Source of the DNA: Octopus vulgaris
Lineage: Eukaryota
Length of the DNA stretch: 64,000 bases
Assembly: GCA_951406725.2 (NCBI GenBank)
Contig: OX597822.1
Coordinates: 88,412,001-88,476,000, forward strand
Direction of reading: 5' to 3'
The notes below the pieces were generated by a model. It searched no databases. It saw nothing but the letters and a program-made list of their open reading frames with translations, and was not told the origin of the DNA. Position 1 is the first letter of the stretch. Each line of letters starts with the position of its first letter. Both the position numbers and the translations under genes were made by a program. This document shows, piece after piece, positions 51,307 to 64,000 of this stretch.

Positions 51307-51811
51307 TTTTCTTCTTTCAAATTTGCTTCCATTTCTTGCCGAGTGTCTTCCCGACTCCTAGGGCAAAGAAACTCATAGTATACATCGGTATTTTTTTTTT
51401 TTTTTTTAAGTTAAATTAAAATACATGAGCAGCAACAATTCTCACATCGACAATGCTCTTCTCAATACATGTGATGTACCAGTTAAGACGATCTTTTGCA
51501 CTTCTTGCAGGGATGGTAAGCCAGGGATCATTCTCATATAATTTTCGGTTCCCTTCTTGATCATTCCTAGTGCTCCTACGATCACTGGTATTGTAACCGC
51601 CTTGAGATGCCACATTTTCTCAATTTCAATGAGTAGGTCTTTATATTTTCTGAGCTTGTCAAACTCTTTCGCTGAGATATTATGATCAAAGGGGATGCTC
51701 ATGTCGATCAATAAGCAAACTTTATTGTTTTGGTCTTTCACAACAATATCTGGTTTATTGGCCTGTATGTACTGGAAAGTCCCACAGAATGGTTACATTT
51801 TCTCCTTCAGT
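51305..51811 (-). mobile_element. R4/Dong-type RLE retrotransposon 3' fragment embedded in (TAA)n
   Basis: VTILWDFPVHT / LIDMSIPFDHNISAKEFDKLRKYKDL...PVIVGALG...QKIVLTGTSHVLRRAL; long TAA tracts on both sides. Confidence 0.88.
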
Positions 51812-51820
51812 TATTATTAC

Positions 51821-51859
<39 letters not shown>

Positions 51860-52575
51860 TATTATTATTATTATTATTATTATCATTATTATTATTATTA
51901 TTAAGCTGGCAGAATTGTTAGTAAACCAGGCAAAATGCTTAACAATATTTTGTCTAACTTTATGTTCTGAGTTCAAATGCTGCCAGGGTTGATTTTGCCT
52001 TTCATTCTTTTGTAATCAATAAAATAAATACCAGTTAAGCACTGGGATCAGTATAATCAACTTACTTCCTCCCTCGAAATTACGGGCCTTGTACCAAAAT
52101 TTAAAATCATTATTATCATTATTATTGTTGTTGTTGTTGTTGTTATTCTGAAAGACTCTCAGATAGTTCTTAATTACTGGTTATTCTTTACTTAAAGCAG
52201 GCAATAACAAACAAGTAAAAGAGTAAAGAGCAATTATTGTTATTATTACTATTATTGGCATTTCATCTGTCTTTATGTTCTGAGTTCAAATTCTATGAAG
52301 GTTGACTTTACCTTTCATTCTTTTGGGGGATCGATAAAATAAGCCCTAGTTGAGCACTGGGGTCTTTTACCTGTTTTCTTTGACACCCCAGTAGTAAGGT
52401 TTACTTTTGACTGATCCAAAGACATTTTTTCTTTTTTTTTTGTTAGTTAAATTTACCTATGTATACAACTGGTACTTATTTTTACAGTCTTAGAAGAGGT
52501 GGGTAATAAGCAAATGTAGAGAAATTACAGTAATACTCAAGTTCATTGACACACATCAATATTAATAACAATAAC

Positions 52576-52622
<47 letters not shown>

Positions 52623-53603
52623 TAAAAAATGAATTAAACTTACTGGCTGGAGAATCTTCCTTATATATTATGGGGTAATATCAGCGCCATTCTAGTTGGA
52701 TGTTTGTGATTTCCCAGATTGTCTCTGCAGCTGTTGACGGTGACTGATGATGTTCCTGTCTGTATTCTCTAATGTTATAACACGGCCAAGAGGCAGAGAG
52801 AAAGAGAGACAAGTAAAATGTGTCCTGCTTTTTCTTCTCATGACATTTGCTCATGGATGTTTCAAAGAGATTCAATATTGGTAATAATAGAGGCTAATTA
52901 AGCATTTTAGATGTGACTGCGTTAGAGAAGTCAAAGGTTGCCTGCTGCACCCAACCAGCTTTTCCTCACATATTTATCAACCAATCTGACTCTTCTTTAA
53001 CACACACACACACTCACACACAGACATTCTCTTGCTTTCTCTCTGTCACTCTCTCTCTTTCTCTTCATTGCCTTGTATTGTCACACAAACATAGGAGATG
53101 TGATGTACATACATACATACATGTATATATATGTACACACACACACAAATACACACACGTGTGTGTATATACATGTAAGGATATGTATATATGTACATAC
53201 ATGCATATACATACATATGTATATAACCTACATACTCAAGCACATACACATGTTAACACTGACACATTTAAATAGACACAGATGTATACATTCATATAAA
53301 AGCATGCATTTTACATATACATGCATATGTACACTCAAACTTATATACATACATTTACACTCTTAAACACGCATAAGCATATTTGCAGTATGATATATGA
53401 AAAATTACACATTATGATGATCCTTCTACCATCTAACATCTCTTTGTCTGTCCCTCTCTCTCTCAAACACAAACACACACACACTCAAATATAAACACAG
53501 TGGGGCTTATGGATGTGATGCAAGGAAGGAAAAAGTTCAAAGTTCTTGAGTTTTATGATGCAAATGGAGTGGCAGTGCAAATGGAGTTTTATGATGCAAA
53601 TGA

Positions 53604-54010
53604 GGCGCAGGTGTGGCTGTGTGGTAAGTAGCTTGTTTACCAACCACATGGTTCCGGGTGCAGTCCCACTGCGTGGTACCTTGGGCAAGTGTCTTCTACT
53701 ATAGCCTCGGGCCGACCAAAGCCTTGTGAGTGGATTTGGTAGACGGGAACTGAAAGAAGCTCATCGTATATATGTATATATATATATATATGCGTGTGTG
53801 TGTTTGTGTGTCTGTGTTTGTCCCCCTAGCAATTGCTTGACAACCGATGCTGGTGTGTTTATGTCCCCGTTACTTAGCGGTTCGGCAAAAGAGACCGATA
53901 GAATAAGTACTGGGCTTACAAAAGAATAAGTCCCAGGGTCGAGTTGCTCAATTAAAGGCGGTGCTCCAGCATGGCCACAGTCAAAATGACTGAAACAAGT
54001 AAAAAAAAAA
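53604..54010 (+). mobile_element. tRNA-headed SINE with internal (TA)/(TG) microsatellite
   Basis: ggcgcaggtgtggctgtgtggtaag head...ggcggtgctccagcatggccacagtc...ctgaaacaagtaaaa tail; many copies in window. Confidence 0.85.
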
Positions 54011-54011
54011 A

Positions 54012-57000
54012 TGGCCCAACTATTTGCAACACGAACTTCAGGAAGCTAGCCAGTCTCCTGACCTTTCTGACCAAATCACCCAAACAAGCAAGCCTCACAG
54101 ACTTTGTTCCCATTAAGAAATGTGATAAGCAACTGGTTGTGAATACTGAAAGTCCTTTCCTGATAAAGATTGTACCAGTCAACAAACGTTAAAGGGCCTC
54201 AGAGATAACGTGACAATCTGGTGAAGGAAAATACAGAAGATATAGGATATCTTGGTAAGAGATAGATTCAATGAAGCACTAGCAGATGATGTTGGTGATG
54301 ATAGTGATGGTGGCAGGAGGAGGAGGAGGAGGAGGAGGAAGAGGAGGAGGAAGAGGAGGAGGAAGAGGGAGAGGAGGAGGAGGGAGAGGAGGAGGAGGGA
54401 GAGGAGGAGAGGAGGAGAAGAGGAGGAGGAAGAGGGAGCAGAGGAGGAAGAAGAGGGAGAAGAGGAGGAGGGGGAGGAGGAGGAGAGAAGAGGAGGAGGG
54501 GTGGAGGAGGAAGAGGGAGAAGAGGAGGCGGAGGAGGAGGGAGAAGAGGAGGAGGAAGAGGGAGAAGAAGATGAGGAGGGGGAGGAGGAGCAAGAGGGGG
54601 AGGAGGAGGTTTTAGAGACTTATGTAGAGCAATTGGAAACTTCCATATGATAACCTGTCGCAAACTGTGGATAAAGGTTGTGGATGGAACAAGTTTCCAG
54701 TCAGATGAAAGACAACATGGTAGTTGAATGCTACTGTAAATATAGCAATAAGAAACATAAAGAGACAGCTGAGAAAGATTGGCAGAAAGTGGTAGGAACA
54801 AGGAACATCAGGCAGCTACATGAGAATATACACAGAGAGACACATGTTAATAGAGACTCAAACTCAGCTATATGTAGTTAGACAATTGATGTATATAGCA
54901 AATATGTCAGATATGTAGTTAAATGTCTAGCTAGACATGAGGTATATGATGCTAAATGTCAGGAGTATATAGCTCGGTGCCGGGTGTATATAGCTTGGTA
55001 TCACCTGACACCAAGCTGTATATATGTCAGGTGGCACAAAGCTATATAGCTAGATGTCAGGTTTATGTAGTATGGGGAGGAAATTGAAAGTAAGAGATTT
55101 ACTATGTTCTGCAGTGAGATCAGGGACAAGATGTATTCAAGATTGTAAAGTGGTGCGCCAGTATAAAGAAAACATCAATGGTGAAGAGTGTGTATGGAAT
55201 TATAGCAGTGCACATGCCATCATTGATGAGAAAGAAAGTGGTCTAGAAATAAGCTACAGGAGGTTACTGATTGAGGAGAAAGCTTGGGAGAAAGAGGGAC
55301 TGTCCAAAGTAGACCCAACAGTGAGAGAGATGGGGTGGAGCAGCTATTGAAATGTTGACAGTTGTACAGTTGAAAGGACCATTAAAAATATGAAGGCAGG
55401 GAAAGCAGCTGGACCATCAAGTGTCGTTGCTAAGATACTGAAAATATCCAGTGAAGCAAAGTAATGGATAGTCACTCAGTCAATACATGACATAGTACAG
55501 GGATGTATCATAGCTAAAACTTGACATTACAATATCTATTTCTTTATTATCCACAAGGGGCTAAACACAGAGGGGACAAACAAGGACAGACAAACGGATT
55601 AAGTCGATTACATCGACCCCAAAGGATGAAAGGATGAAAGCCATAGTCGACCTCGGCGGAATTTGAACTCACAACGTAACGCAGACGAAATACTGCTAAG
55701 CATTTCGCCCGGCATGCTAACGTTTCTGCCAGCTCACCGCCTTATATTACAATATCATCATCATCTGCAACATGTGCAGAGCAGTCCTCATAGAAAGAAG
55801 CAATTACAGAGGCAGCAAACTGATAGACCATGTTGTGAAAGTAACAGCAAGAGTCAAGAGTTATAGTACAAACTAATTAGGAAGTGAATAAGCACAAACT
55901 AATCAGGAAGTGAATAAACTTAGATGAAATGCAGTTCAGATTTGTGCCACCCATGTCTTCTTCCTAGTAAGACAACTACAAGAGAACTTTTAAGCTCAGA
56001 GTAAGTCACTATATTTATTATTCATCATCCAAGAAAAGGTCTTCGACAGGGTACAATGTAATCAGGTAGTTTCTAAGGAATCCAGGTATAGATAAAGGAG
56101 TTGAGAGGCATGCAAGCTATATACTAAGATATACTAGGTGAGTATTGGCAAAAAGTTCAATGGGAATTTGAGTTTGCTGGTAGATGTCCATCAGTTCCCT
56201 GTCTCCTCTAATATTTGATAGTTTTCCTTGTAATAGCAGAGGAGTTTTGGACAGGTTATCTGTAGGAATTCTTGTAAGGCCATAACCTATCTCTTCTAGC
56301 TAAATCTGTCAAAGAATTACAAGAGAAATTCCATACATTGAAGCTAAGCCAAATATTGAAATGTCTGAAAGTAAACCTAACAAAAACAAAGGTTTTAGTT
56401 TACAGGAAAGAACTCACGAGTGACATCAAGGAAGTTGCCACTTTCAGTATAGAAAAGAAGTTGGTAGGAATTCCATACTGTGTATGTGATGCACACAGGT
56501 GTAGTTGGACCACAGATAGGCTGACAGAGAAAATAGACTTTACATGTAGCTGATGCATAGTAGTTAGCACTAATAACACCTGGATAGAAGTATCCGACAG
56601 CTTTTGTTACCAAAGTGATCTCATTAGCAGGGGAGATCAGTGCCCCAAAAGCATTGTAGCCAGAGTAAGAATGGGGTAGTAAAAGTTCAGGAAGCTATTA
56701 CTTCTGTTGGCAGCAGAGGGATTCTCTTTCTTTATGTGAAAATCAAACTGTATTATGATGTATGTGTGTGCAAATTGTGATGTTGTACGGGAGCAAAACA
56801 TAGGCATTAAATGTGGAGGATGTTTTGAAGGCTGGGAAGAAATGAAGTGAATATCATCTGCTGGATGTGTAATGATTTTGTGCAAAAGCAGTGGAACAGA
56901 AATAAACTGAGAGAAAAACTGGGTATAAGAGAAAGTAGATGTAGATACATGCTGGAGAGAAGTGCATGCTAGCATGGACATGTAATACATATGGGAAACA

Positions 57001-57200
57001 GTGGGCGGGTAAAGATGTGCTGATCAATGTAAGTGAAAGGAAACTGAGGAAGAGGAAAACATAGGAAGAAGTGGTGAAAATTAAAACTTACAAAGGAGAT
57101 GACAAAGAACTGCAGCAAACAGTGAGACATTGTACTGGAATAAACCCATTCAACCCATGCAAACATAGAAAAATGGATGTAATGAAGATGATGTTGATGA
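54012..57200 (+). mobile_element. Degenerate RTE-clade LINE interrupted by a purine-rich tract and a SINE
   Basis: ICNTNFRK, IKNMKAGKAAGPS, EMQFRFVP, EKVFDRV, LKVNLTKTKVL fragments; 3' end aacccatgcaaacatagaaaaatggatgt...gatgatg. Confidence 0.8.
54290..54610. repeat. (GAG/GAA)n purine-rich tract
   Basis: ~300 bp of almost pure A/G on the + strand. Confidence 0.95.
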
Positions 57201-58772
57201 CAATAACATAGACACCATCTTTTAAAAACAAACACACAACAAAAAGAAGAGGAACATAAACACAGTAAAGCATTGTCATCTAAACAAAGTACATGCACAC
57301 ATACAAACATACAAACATGCACTCTCACAGGTAAACACTCAAAATAGTTAATATCACAACTGTACACACAAACATAAACAAATACCAGCGTGTTATATAA
57401 TTTACAACCTTACAACAAAATTCTTGATGTATTAAAACTACGTCTAGGAGATGTATCATAATTGCCATTTGGCAATTATGACCAGTTCCACTTAGGGAAG
57501 GGAGATAATCTAAAGATTTGAGAATTCTCCAAAACTGACAGGCTATTAAGGCTATGACCTAAATAACTTCTCTTAGCTCATTTTTGCTTAAATTATTCAA
57601 ATTACCTGAACCATAATAGTTTTCTACTCTGTTTGCAAAATCTAAGTTCTTTGGTTGCTGGGAATAAGAATGAATTTTTGTCATACTGATGAAGACTAAC
57701 AAGCTAGAATCACTTGTCCACCATCTCCAGATGATAAGTCTGTACCTTTCTTTAACGTGTCAGTTCTTGAATCTCTCCTTCTCAGCTGGTGCTGGTCTTA
57801 ATTGCCATTTGGTAATTATGATAGATCCTCTAGAGGTGGAGATAATTTTAATATATCAAGTATTTTTGTTGTAAGGTATTTAACTGACTAGTATCTAGTA
57901 TGTTGTTCAAATACATACCACTGACCATTTCGAATAATTTCTCTTAGCACACTTTTCTACACTCACACACACACACACACACACAAATACATGCACACAT
58001 GTACAAACACACACACATACAAATACATGTACATACATGTCCAAATCTTTACAAATTATTAATCACACAAGTGCAGATATGTGTGTTATTTTACAATGGA
58101 TCTGACCAAGTTTGCTCATTTGCAGATGGTGGTGGGGGGGGGGGAGGCAATTGTTGTTATTGTTGTAGCAAACACTAGAGAGAACTGACCAGCAGATCTT
58201 CAAAGAAGAGGCCTGCACCCTCACCCCTCACCCCTTCATATATTTCTGGCCTTAACTTCTTTTCATGCTAAAGGAGCCAGACCACATCTAAGTCATAACT
58301 CCTGGATACCCATCTGCTGTCACATTTTTGTCTACTGTCTGCATTTGCAGTCTGTACATTCCTGGGTGGTCAAGGTACCCTGAGCCAAGATGACCTGAAT
58401 GTTGTAACACCATACCAGTGATACATAGGCTAAGTTATGCATTCTGAAGTACACTTTCATTCCTCTTTGACCAAATTCAGTTGGAACCCTTTACAACTGC
58501 ATCTGTCATTGCCTTTAATACATCTTTTTCCCAGAAGTTCTGAGTTATAAACTATGAATTATCCATTTACTGGAAGCTCTCAAGAGATGTACAACCAGAC
58601 AAATGCTCTGTCAGTCACTTACCATATCTTTGACATATTGCTTCTCTGGGAATCGACATACTAAAGCTTCAACACCTTGTAGCTGATTTGGTAGAAGCCC
58701 ACAAGATTATCCACCATGTTTTCAAAAACAACTTTGGTTACTTTTTTGAATTCAGTACCTCTACTACTTGTG

Positions 58773-59012
58773 ATCATCATCATCATCATCATCGTTTAGC
58801 GTCCGCTTTCCATGCTGGCATGGGTTGGACGGTGCAACTGAGGTCTGGGAAGCCAGAAGGCTGCTCCAGGCCCAGTCTGATCTGGCAATGTTTCTACGGC
58901 TGGATGCCCTTCCTAACGCCAACCACTCCATGAGTGTAGTGGGTGCTTTTTACATGCCACCGGCACAGGTTCCAGACAAGGCTGGCAAACAGCCACGATC
59001 GGATGGTGCTTT
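58773..59012 (-). mobile_element. RTE-tail SINE copy
   Basis: Same family, (CAT)n tract on + strand marks its 3' tail. Confidence 0.8.
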
Positions 59013-62000
59013 ACCACTTGTGATATTCTTATAAAATCAAAATGCAATGAACACACATGACTTTTAGAAACCTTTCTCACACTCAGAATTGTTGAAGCAA
59101 AGAATAAACTATCCATATCCATTGTTAGCTGTCTGAACGTTGCATCCTTCAAAAATTGCAAGCTTCTCAAAATTTATCACCACAACTCCCAACATTTCTA
59201 TGCACATTTTCCCCTTTATGGATCTTACTGATCATTTTTCTGTCATTTAGTGTTATATTCTGTGCACTATGCAAATACTTCTAGCTTTCATTGCAATGTC
59301 TTTCTTTACTCAACTTACAAATCTGCTTTTTGTCTCCTCTTTTTACCTTTTCTGACAAATTGTATGCACTCTATGCAATAAGCTCATTATTATTTTTAAC
59401 TCAGACTAACACCACCTTCAAAATTTTTAAGGGCAAATATATTTTTATTTATTTTATAGTAGTTGATGATCAACTCCAGTAAAATATATACAAAAACAGG
59501 CATTTATAGATATTTCATTAACAGCACCCTTCAAAATTTGATGATATACTTTTACTCATTACTATCAGTGAACTGCAGCCATGCGGGAACACTGCATTCT
59601 AGATTTTTGTTGTTTATATTGATCCAAGCACTTATTTTTTAACTTACACTATTAATTTGTTAATGTCTGTTTGTTAAACTACTAAGTTCTAGGACATAAA
59701 CAACAACACCAGTTTTTAAGCAGTGTAACTATAAACATAAACAAGGATACACACACAATGGGCTTCTGCACAGTTTCCCTCCACTGCATTTCACTCACAA
59801 TGTTTCAGTTGATTCATGGCTATAGTAGAAAATACTCCTTTCTACTATAGGCACAAGGCCTGAAATTTTAGGGGAGGTGGGGCCAGTTGATTACATTGAC
59901 CCCAGTATGCAACTGGTACTTAATTTATTGACCCCAAAAGAATGAAAGTAAAGTCAACCTCGGTGGAATTTGGCTATCGTTGAAAATACAAAGTCGAGGT
60001 ACCACAAACTGGATACACCAAATATCCATGCTTCTTATGTATGTGGGACAACAGAGCCAGGGAAAAAGAATGACTGCAGCAAACGTTAGTCCCAGAGTCT
60101 TTTGATGCAGTTGAAGAACCTTTAGTTCCACCAAGAAAGATCATCCTACCTCCTTTCTGTATCAGACTTGCCATTATGAAGCAATTTCTTAAAGTGCTGG
60201 ATGAAGATAAACCATTCTTTTAATTTTTCAGCAGCTCACTTCTCAGTCTGAGCAGTGAAAAGATCGCCTTTACTGAGTGTCAAGCTAATACATTCCATAT
60301 GTACATCCTCTTGTTTTATTATCGTTATTTTTTATGCTCAGATAATGATATGATATGATATACATATAGGATGCCATGATAGATTGTTAGCTCCTACACG
60401 CTTTTTTTTCTCTCCTTGTTTCTTTCCTTGTTTTTTTCTGTGTATCTTTCTGTCGAAGAGCGTAGGCTCGAAACGTAAAAGACTTTTTCTATTTCTGTTC
60501 CTGAGCACTATACCAATACATTTGTTTGTTTGTACTCCACCTGCCTTCGTCTTTTGTTTATTTTCGTAAACTTTCCGGTTATATATATATATGCATGTAT
60601 ACATGTGTGTGCGTGTGTGTGCTTATATCTATGTTTGTGTATATTGGTGTAAATACCTTCAATAGCATTCATGTTATTAAATGGAAGAAATTCTTTAAAA
60701 ACAGAACTCAATAATTCAAAACAGTAATATGTTACAAAGTAATATGTTACAAATAATCAGCTAAAATTCTTGACAGCAGTTACCATCATATCTGCAGTCT
60801 AATGGCTGACACAGGTAACAGAATATAAACACTGGAACATGGGTACAATCCCACAAATTCAGGGATAGATCAACACCCAGAATTGATCAGTTCTTATTAC
60901 ATCAGTCCAAGACAGAACGGTAGGGTAGGGGGAAAGGACAACTGAAACTGAGAACTTTATGTTCCTACCATGGTCCAGCCCTCAGTTGTGACTATTTTTT
61001 TTATATTGGTGTAAAAATGCCACAAACATGGAACAGATGTGCATAATTAATTAATTGACTAAATTAATTGAATCATCTGAGCCTAAGTCAGTGTTTCATC
61101 AGGTCATGGTGACAACAAAAAGTGGACTTTGGCAGGATTTGAACCTAGAACATAAAGAGCTGGAACAAATACTGACATGCCAACAACTCAACCAATTTAC
61201 TGCCATATGGATAAGTCTCCTATAGGCACAAGGTCTGAAATTCTTGAGAGGAATGGTTAGTCAATTACATCAACCTGTGTCCTTAATTGGTACTTATTTC
61301 ATTGACTGGCAGAAATTGAACTTAGAACATATATTAAGCCATGCATTATCATTGTGCACCCTTTTTTGTTGAATCCAGACATACCATTATAAGATCCCTT
61401 GGGATTACTTTTCTGAAAAATTAATTCATTTAATCTGACAAGTAGGGATAATGTCCACAAAGTAGGGGCAATGTCTGCTCTCACACTGCCTGAATAGAGA
61501 CTTCCATGAAACCAACCCCAAATGATTACAATAAAATAAATAACAAACAACACATAATGAAGAGGTATTGTATTTTACTGAAATGTAATCGAGACTGTGA
61601 AGGACTATACTGGCACATCTTAAATAGACACTTTATCTTTGAATATAGTGAAGGATTGGGGAAAAAGTATCTGAGAATTACAGAAGTTGAATTAGAGAGA
61701 AATAAAATGAGAGGTTAAGAAAGAAAGAAAGAAATATAGAAAGAAAGAAAGGGAAATAGGAATATAGAAAGGAAGATTGAGAGAGGTTGAGAAAAAAAAA
61801 ACAAGTTGTTGAGTATCTATATGAAACTAAAAAGTCAATATTAAACGACAAGTAACAGAAGAAAAAAAAACACTCAAAAGGCTGATAGCAACTGGAAGGG
61901 AATCAAGAATATGAATCAACAGGCATTGCAGTTCTTTGGCATGATTCTCTTAAAGAAATACATTTGGTAAACAAGCTGTAAATTCTTACATTCTCATCAG

Positions 62001-62582
62001 TGGTTTGAATTCTGAGCTAGCTGGCATGCTCGACAGCAAAGCCTTTGAAAATAGGGTCGATTGCAGTACTGTGATTGCACCACTAGGGGGCAGTATGCTA
62101 CATGATATTTGTCCACACACTCTGAAATAAGAAACATAAAGTTAGCATTATGAAGAACTGAATTTCAGAAATTAGGAAGTAGTATACAATAAGATTAACC
62201 CCTTGCATTTGAACTAGCCATATCTGGCTCAAATATTCTACATGTTTTATGTTCAGGCCATCCAGATCTCACACCTACCCTACAATGTCATTCTAAAAGT
62301 AAGTGATTATATCATTGAAATCTTGAAAAAAAAATACAGTAAAAGATCCCAAAATAAGTTGGGATCCACTAACCTTCAGTTCCCTCTTTATTTTCTTCTG
62401 TGTGGGGACATGGGGTATTACATTCCTGGACAGAGGGGGGTTTTCTTCGACGAGCACACTTATTACTTGGACTCCCTGTTGAAGTCCTACACTTCACAGT
62501 CCGATGTTTCTTCCCAGGACCACAAGAAACTGAACACTGAAATGGAATTTAAGTAATTTTTTCCTTTATTATAAATGGTATG

Positions 62583-62860
62583 CATCATCATCATCATCAT
62601 TATCATCATTATCATCATCATTCTTTGACGTTCATTTTTCATATTGGCATGGGTTTGACCAAAGTTGGCAAGCTGGAGCGCTGCACCAGATTCCTGTATG
62701 ATTTGGCTTGGTTTCTATGGCTGGATGCCCTTCTTAATGCCAACCACTTTACAATGTATGCTGGGTGCTTTTAATGTGGCACCAGCACAAGACACTTGCA
62801 AGCCAATCCTTTTCACTAGGAGTAGTGGCCTTAACACTTCTGCTGTGGAGGATGGGTCTC
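62583..62860 (-). mobile_element. RTE-tail SINE copy (older subfamily, similar to 2040-2348)
   Basis: ggctggatgcccttcttaatgccaaccac motif; flank resembles reverse complement of 2040-2110. Confidence 0.7.
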
Positions 62861-64000
62861 TCAGTATTTCAGTCCATTTTAACATCTACTTTACAATACT
62901 TGCTTGGGTTGGATAGAATTTGCTGAGGCCGATTTTCTATGACCAGATATCCTTCCTGCCACCAACTCACACCTGTTGTCAAGCAAAATACCATTTCCTT
63001 ATGTTCAGACATGTTTTGTTTTTTTTCACATGAAAATGAACAGTACTGCTTGTGTGATAGTAACACTCATTCACAACTATCACAAAATAAAGACAAAAAG
63101 ATACATCATACACTGACACACACAGGAAGGGACATCTGGTCAAAGAAAATCTACTTCAGTGAATTCTGTCTGAGCCATGCAAGCATCAAGTGGACATTAA
63201 ATTGATGATGATGATGATGATTAATAGTATTGACTGTATTGAATGGTAAAAAAAGATAAATTATAATGGAAAACCCAAACTAATTTTTTTAATCTCATCT
63301 GTTTAAATAGAACATTTTTTCTTCTCTCCAAGCACAAAATTTTATCATTTTAATCAGTACAAAAGAAATGAAATGTAATTTTTTGAGGTTGTTTTTTTTT
63401 CTTTTTTCTTTTTTCCTGTCTCTTAGACTCAGCTGTGACAGCATTATATAAATTCTATTCTAGTTATCCTTCAGGCATATACAGTGGAATTTCATCATGG
63501 CTTATATCCAACTCTCATTGAATCATTGAAAATCTATAACCTATGAAGGTTGTAAGTATATGTCTTGCAAACAACTTGCACATGCAAGTGCTACTAGTCA
63601 AAAACTCAGTATACCAGAAGCCAGCAAGTGTATGGGGTTATCAGGAAAGAATACGTGCCGTTTCGGGGCCTACCTCTCGACGGCATCAATGCACACAGGC
63701 CCCCCTCACTGATATGATGCCCCGCTTGCTAGATCAGTTGGTTATCAAATAAAGCTCAATATTCTTCTAGCCATCGCTCATCGTCTCTTTTTAACCAAAT
63801 CCAGTGATAAGTATACAACAAGAGACACAACAACCTCTTCTCTCCATCTTTCCCAGTCATTGAATAACGTTATGTTTCCTCTCAATTTGCTTCACTGCAA
63901 GGTTCATTGACATAAATTATGTTAAGATATATTGCTTACAGAAGCAGGACACACCTGTGCTAGCACCACATGGAAAGCACTCATGCTGGTACCATGTAAT

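Noticed and set aside
50940-51419. Poly-Tyr/Ile ORFs
   Set aside because: (TAT)n microsatellite artefacts; likewise the ORFs at 25260, 37312, 26666 and 53046.
54252-54801. Arg/Glu-, Gly- or Pro-rich ORFs
   Set aside because: Translations of the GAG microsatellite within a LINE relic.
58180-59260. Coding-like sequence flanking a SINE
   Set aside because: No recognisable motif or intact frame; probably a decayed TE but cannot be assigned.
62350-62556. 104-aa ORF or possible exon
   Set aside because: The ORF begins inside a MITE; the remainder looks like an LTR-type fragment and has no recognisable protein motif.

Overview
AT-rich, repeat-dense eukaryotic DNA, most likely an octopus or other coleoid cephalopod (inferred from its SINE families and microsatellite load, not from a search). 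Two protein-coding genes are supported, both on the minus strand. The first is the 5' part of an FGGY carbohydrate kinase (D-ribulokinase/FGGY-like): 8 coding exons between 21226 and 2398 with canonical GT-AG sites and consistent phases (999 nt, 333 aa), continuing off the left edge. The second is a 558-aa extracellular leucine-rich-repeat protein encoded in one exon (40394-42070), with a signal peptide and a probable GPI-anchor tail. The rest is mostly mobile DNA: three tRNA-like SINE families and one RTE-tail SINE family, a degenerate RTE LINE, R4/Dong-type RLE retrotransposon fragments in (TAA)n tracts, mariner and hAT remnants, a Gypsy pol relic with putative LTRs, Helitron-like elements, nested piggyBac-type MITEs and Penelope-like repeats. 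Most notable are a full-length U6 snRNA copy fused to a retroelement 3' tail (candidate U6-headed SINE or chimeric retrogene), five minimal hammerhead-like motifs, and a near-perfect 235-bp foldback inside an FGGY intron. Most short ORFs in the track are microsatellite or repeat artefacts. No searches were run, so family names come from motif recognition.
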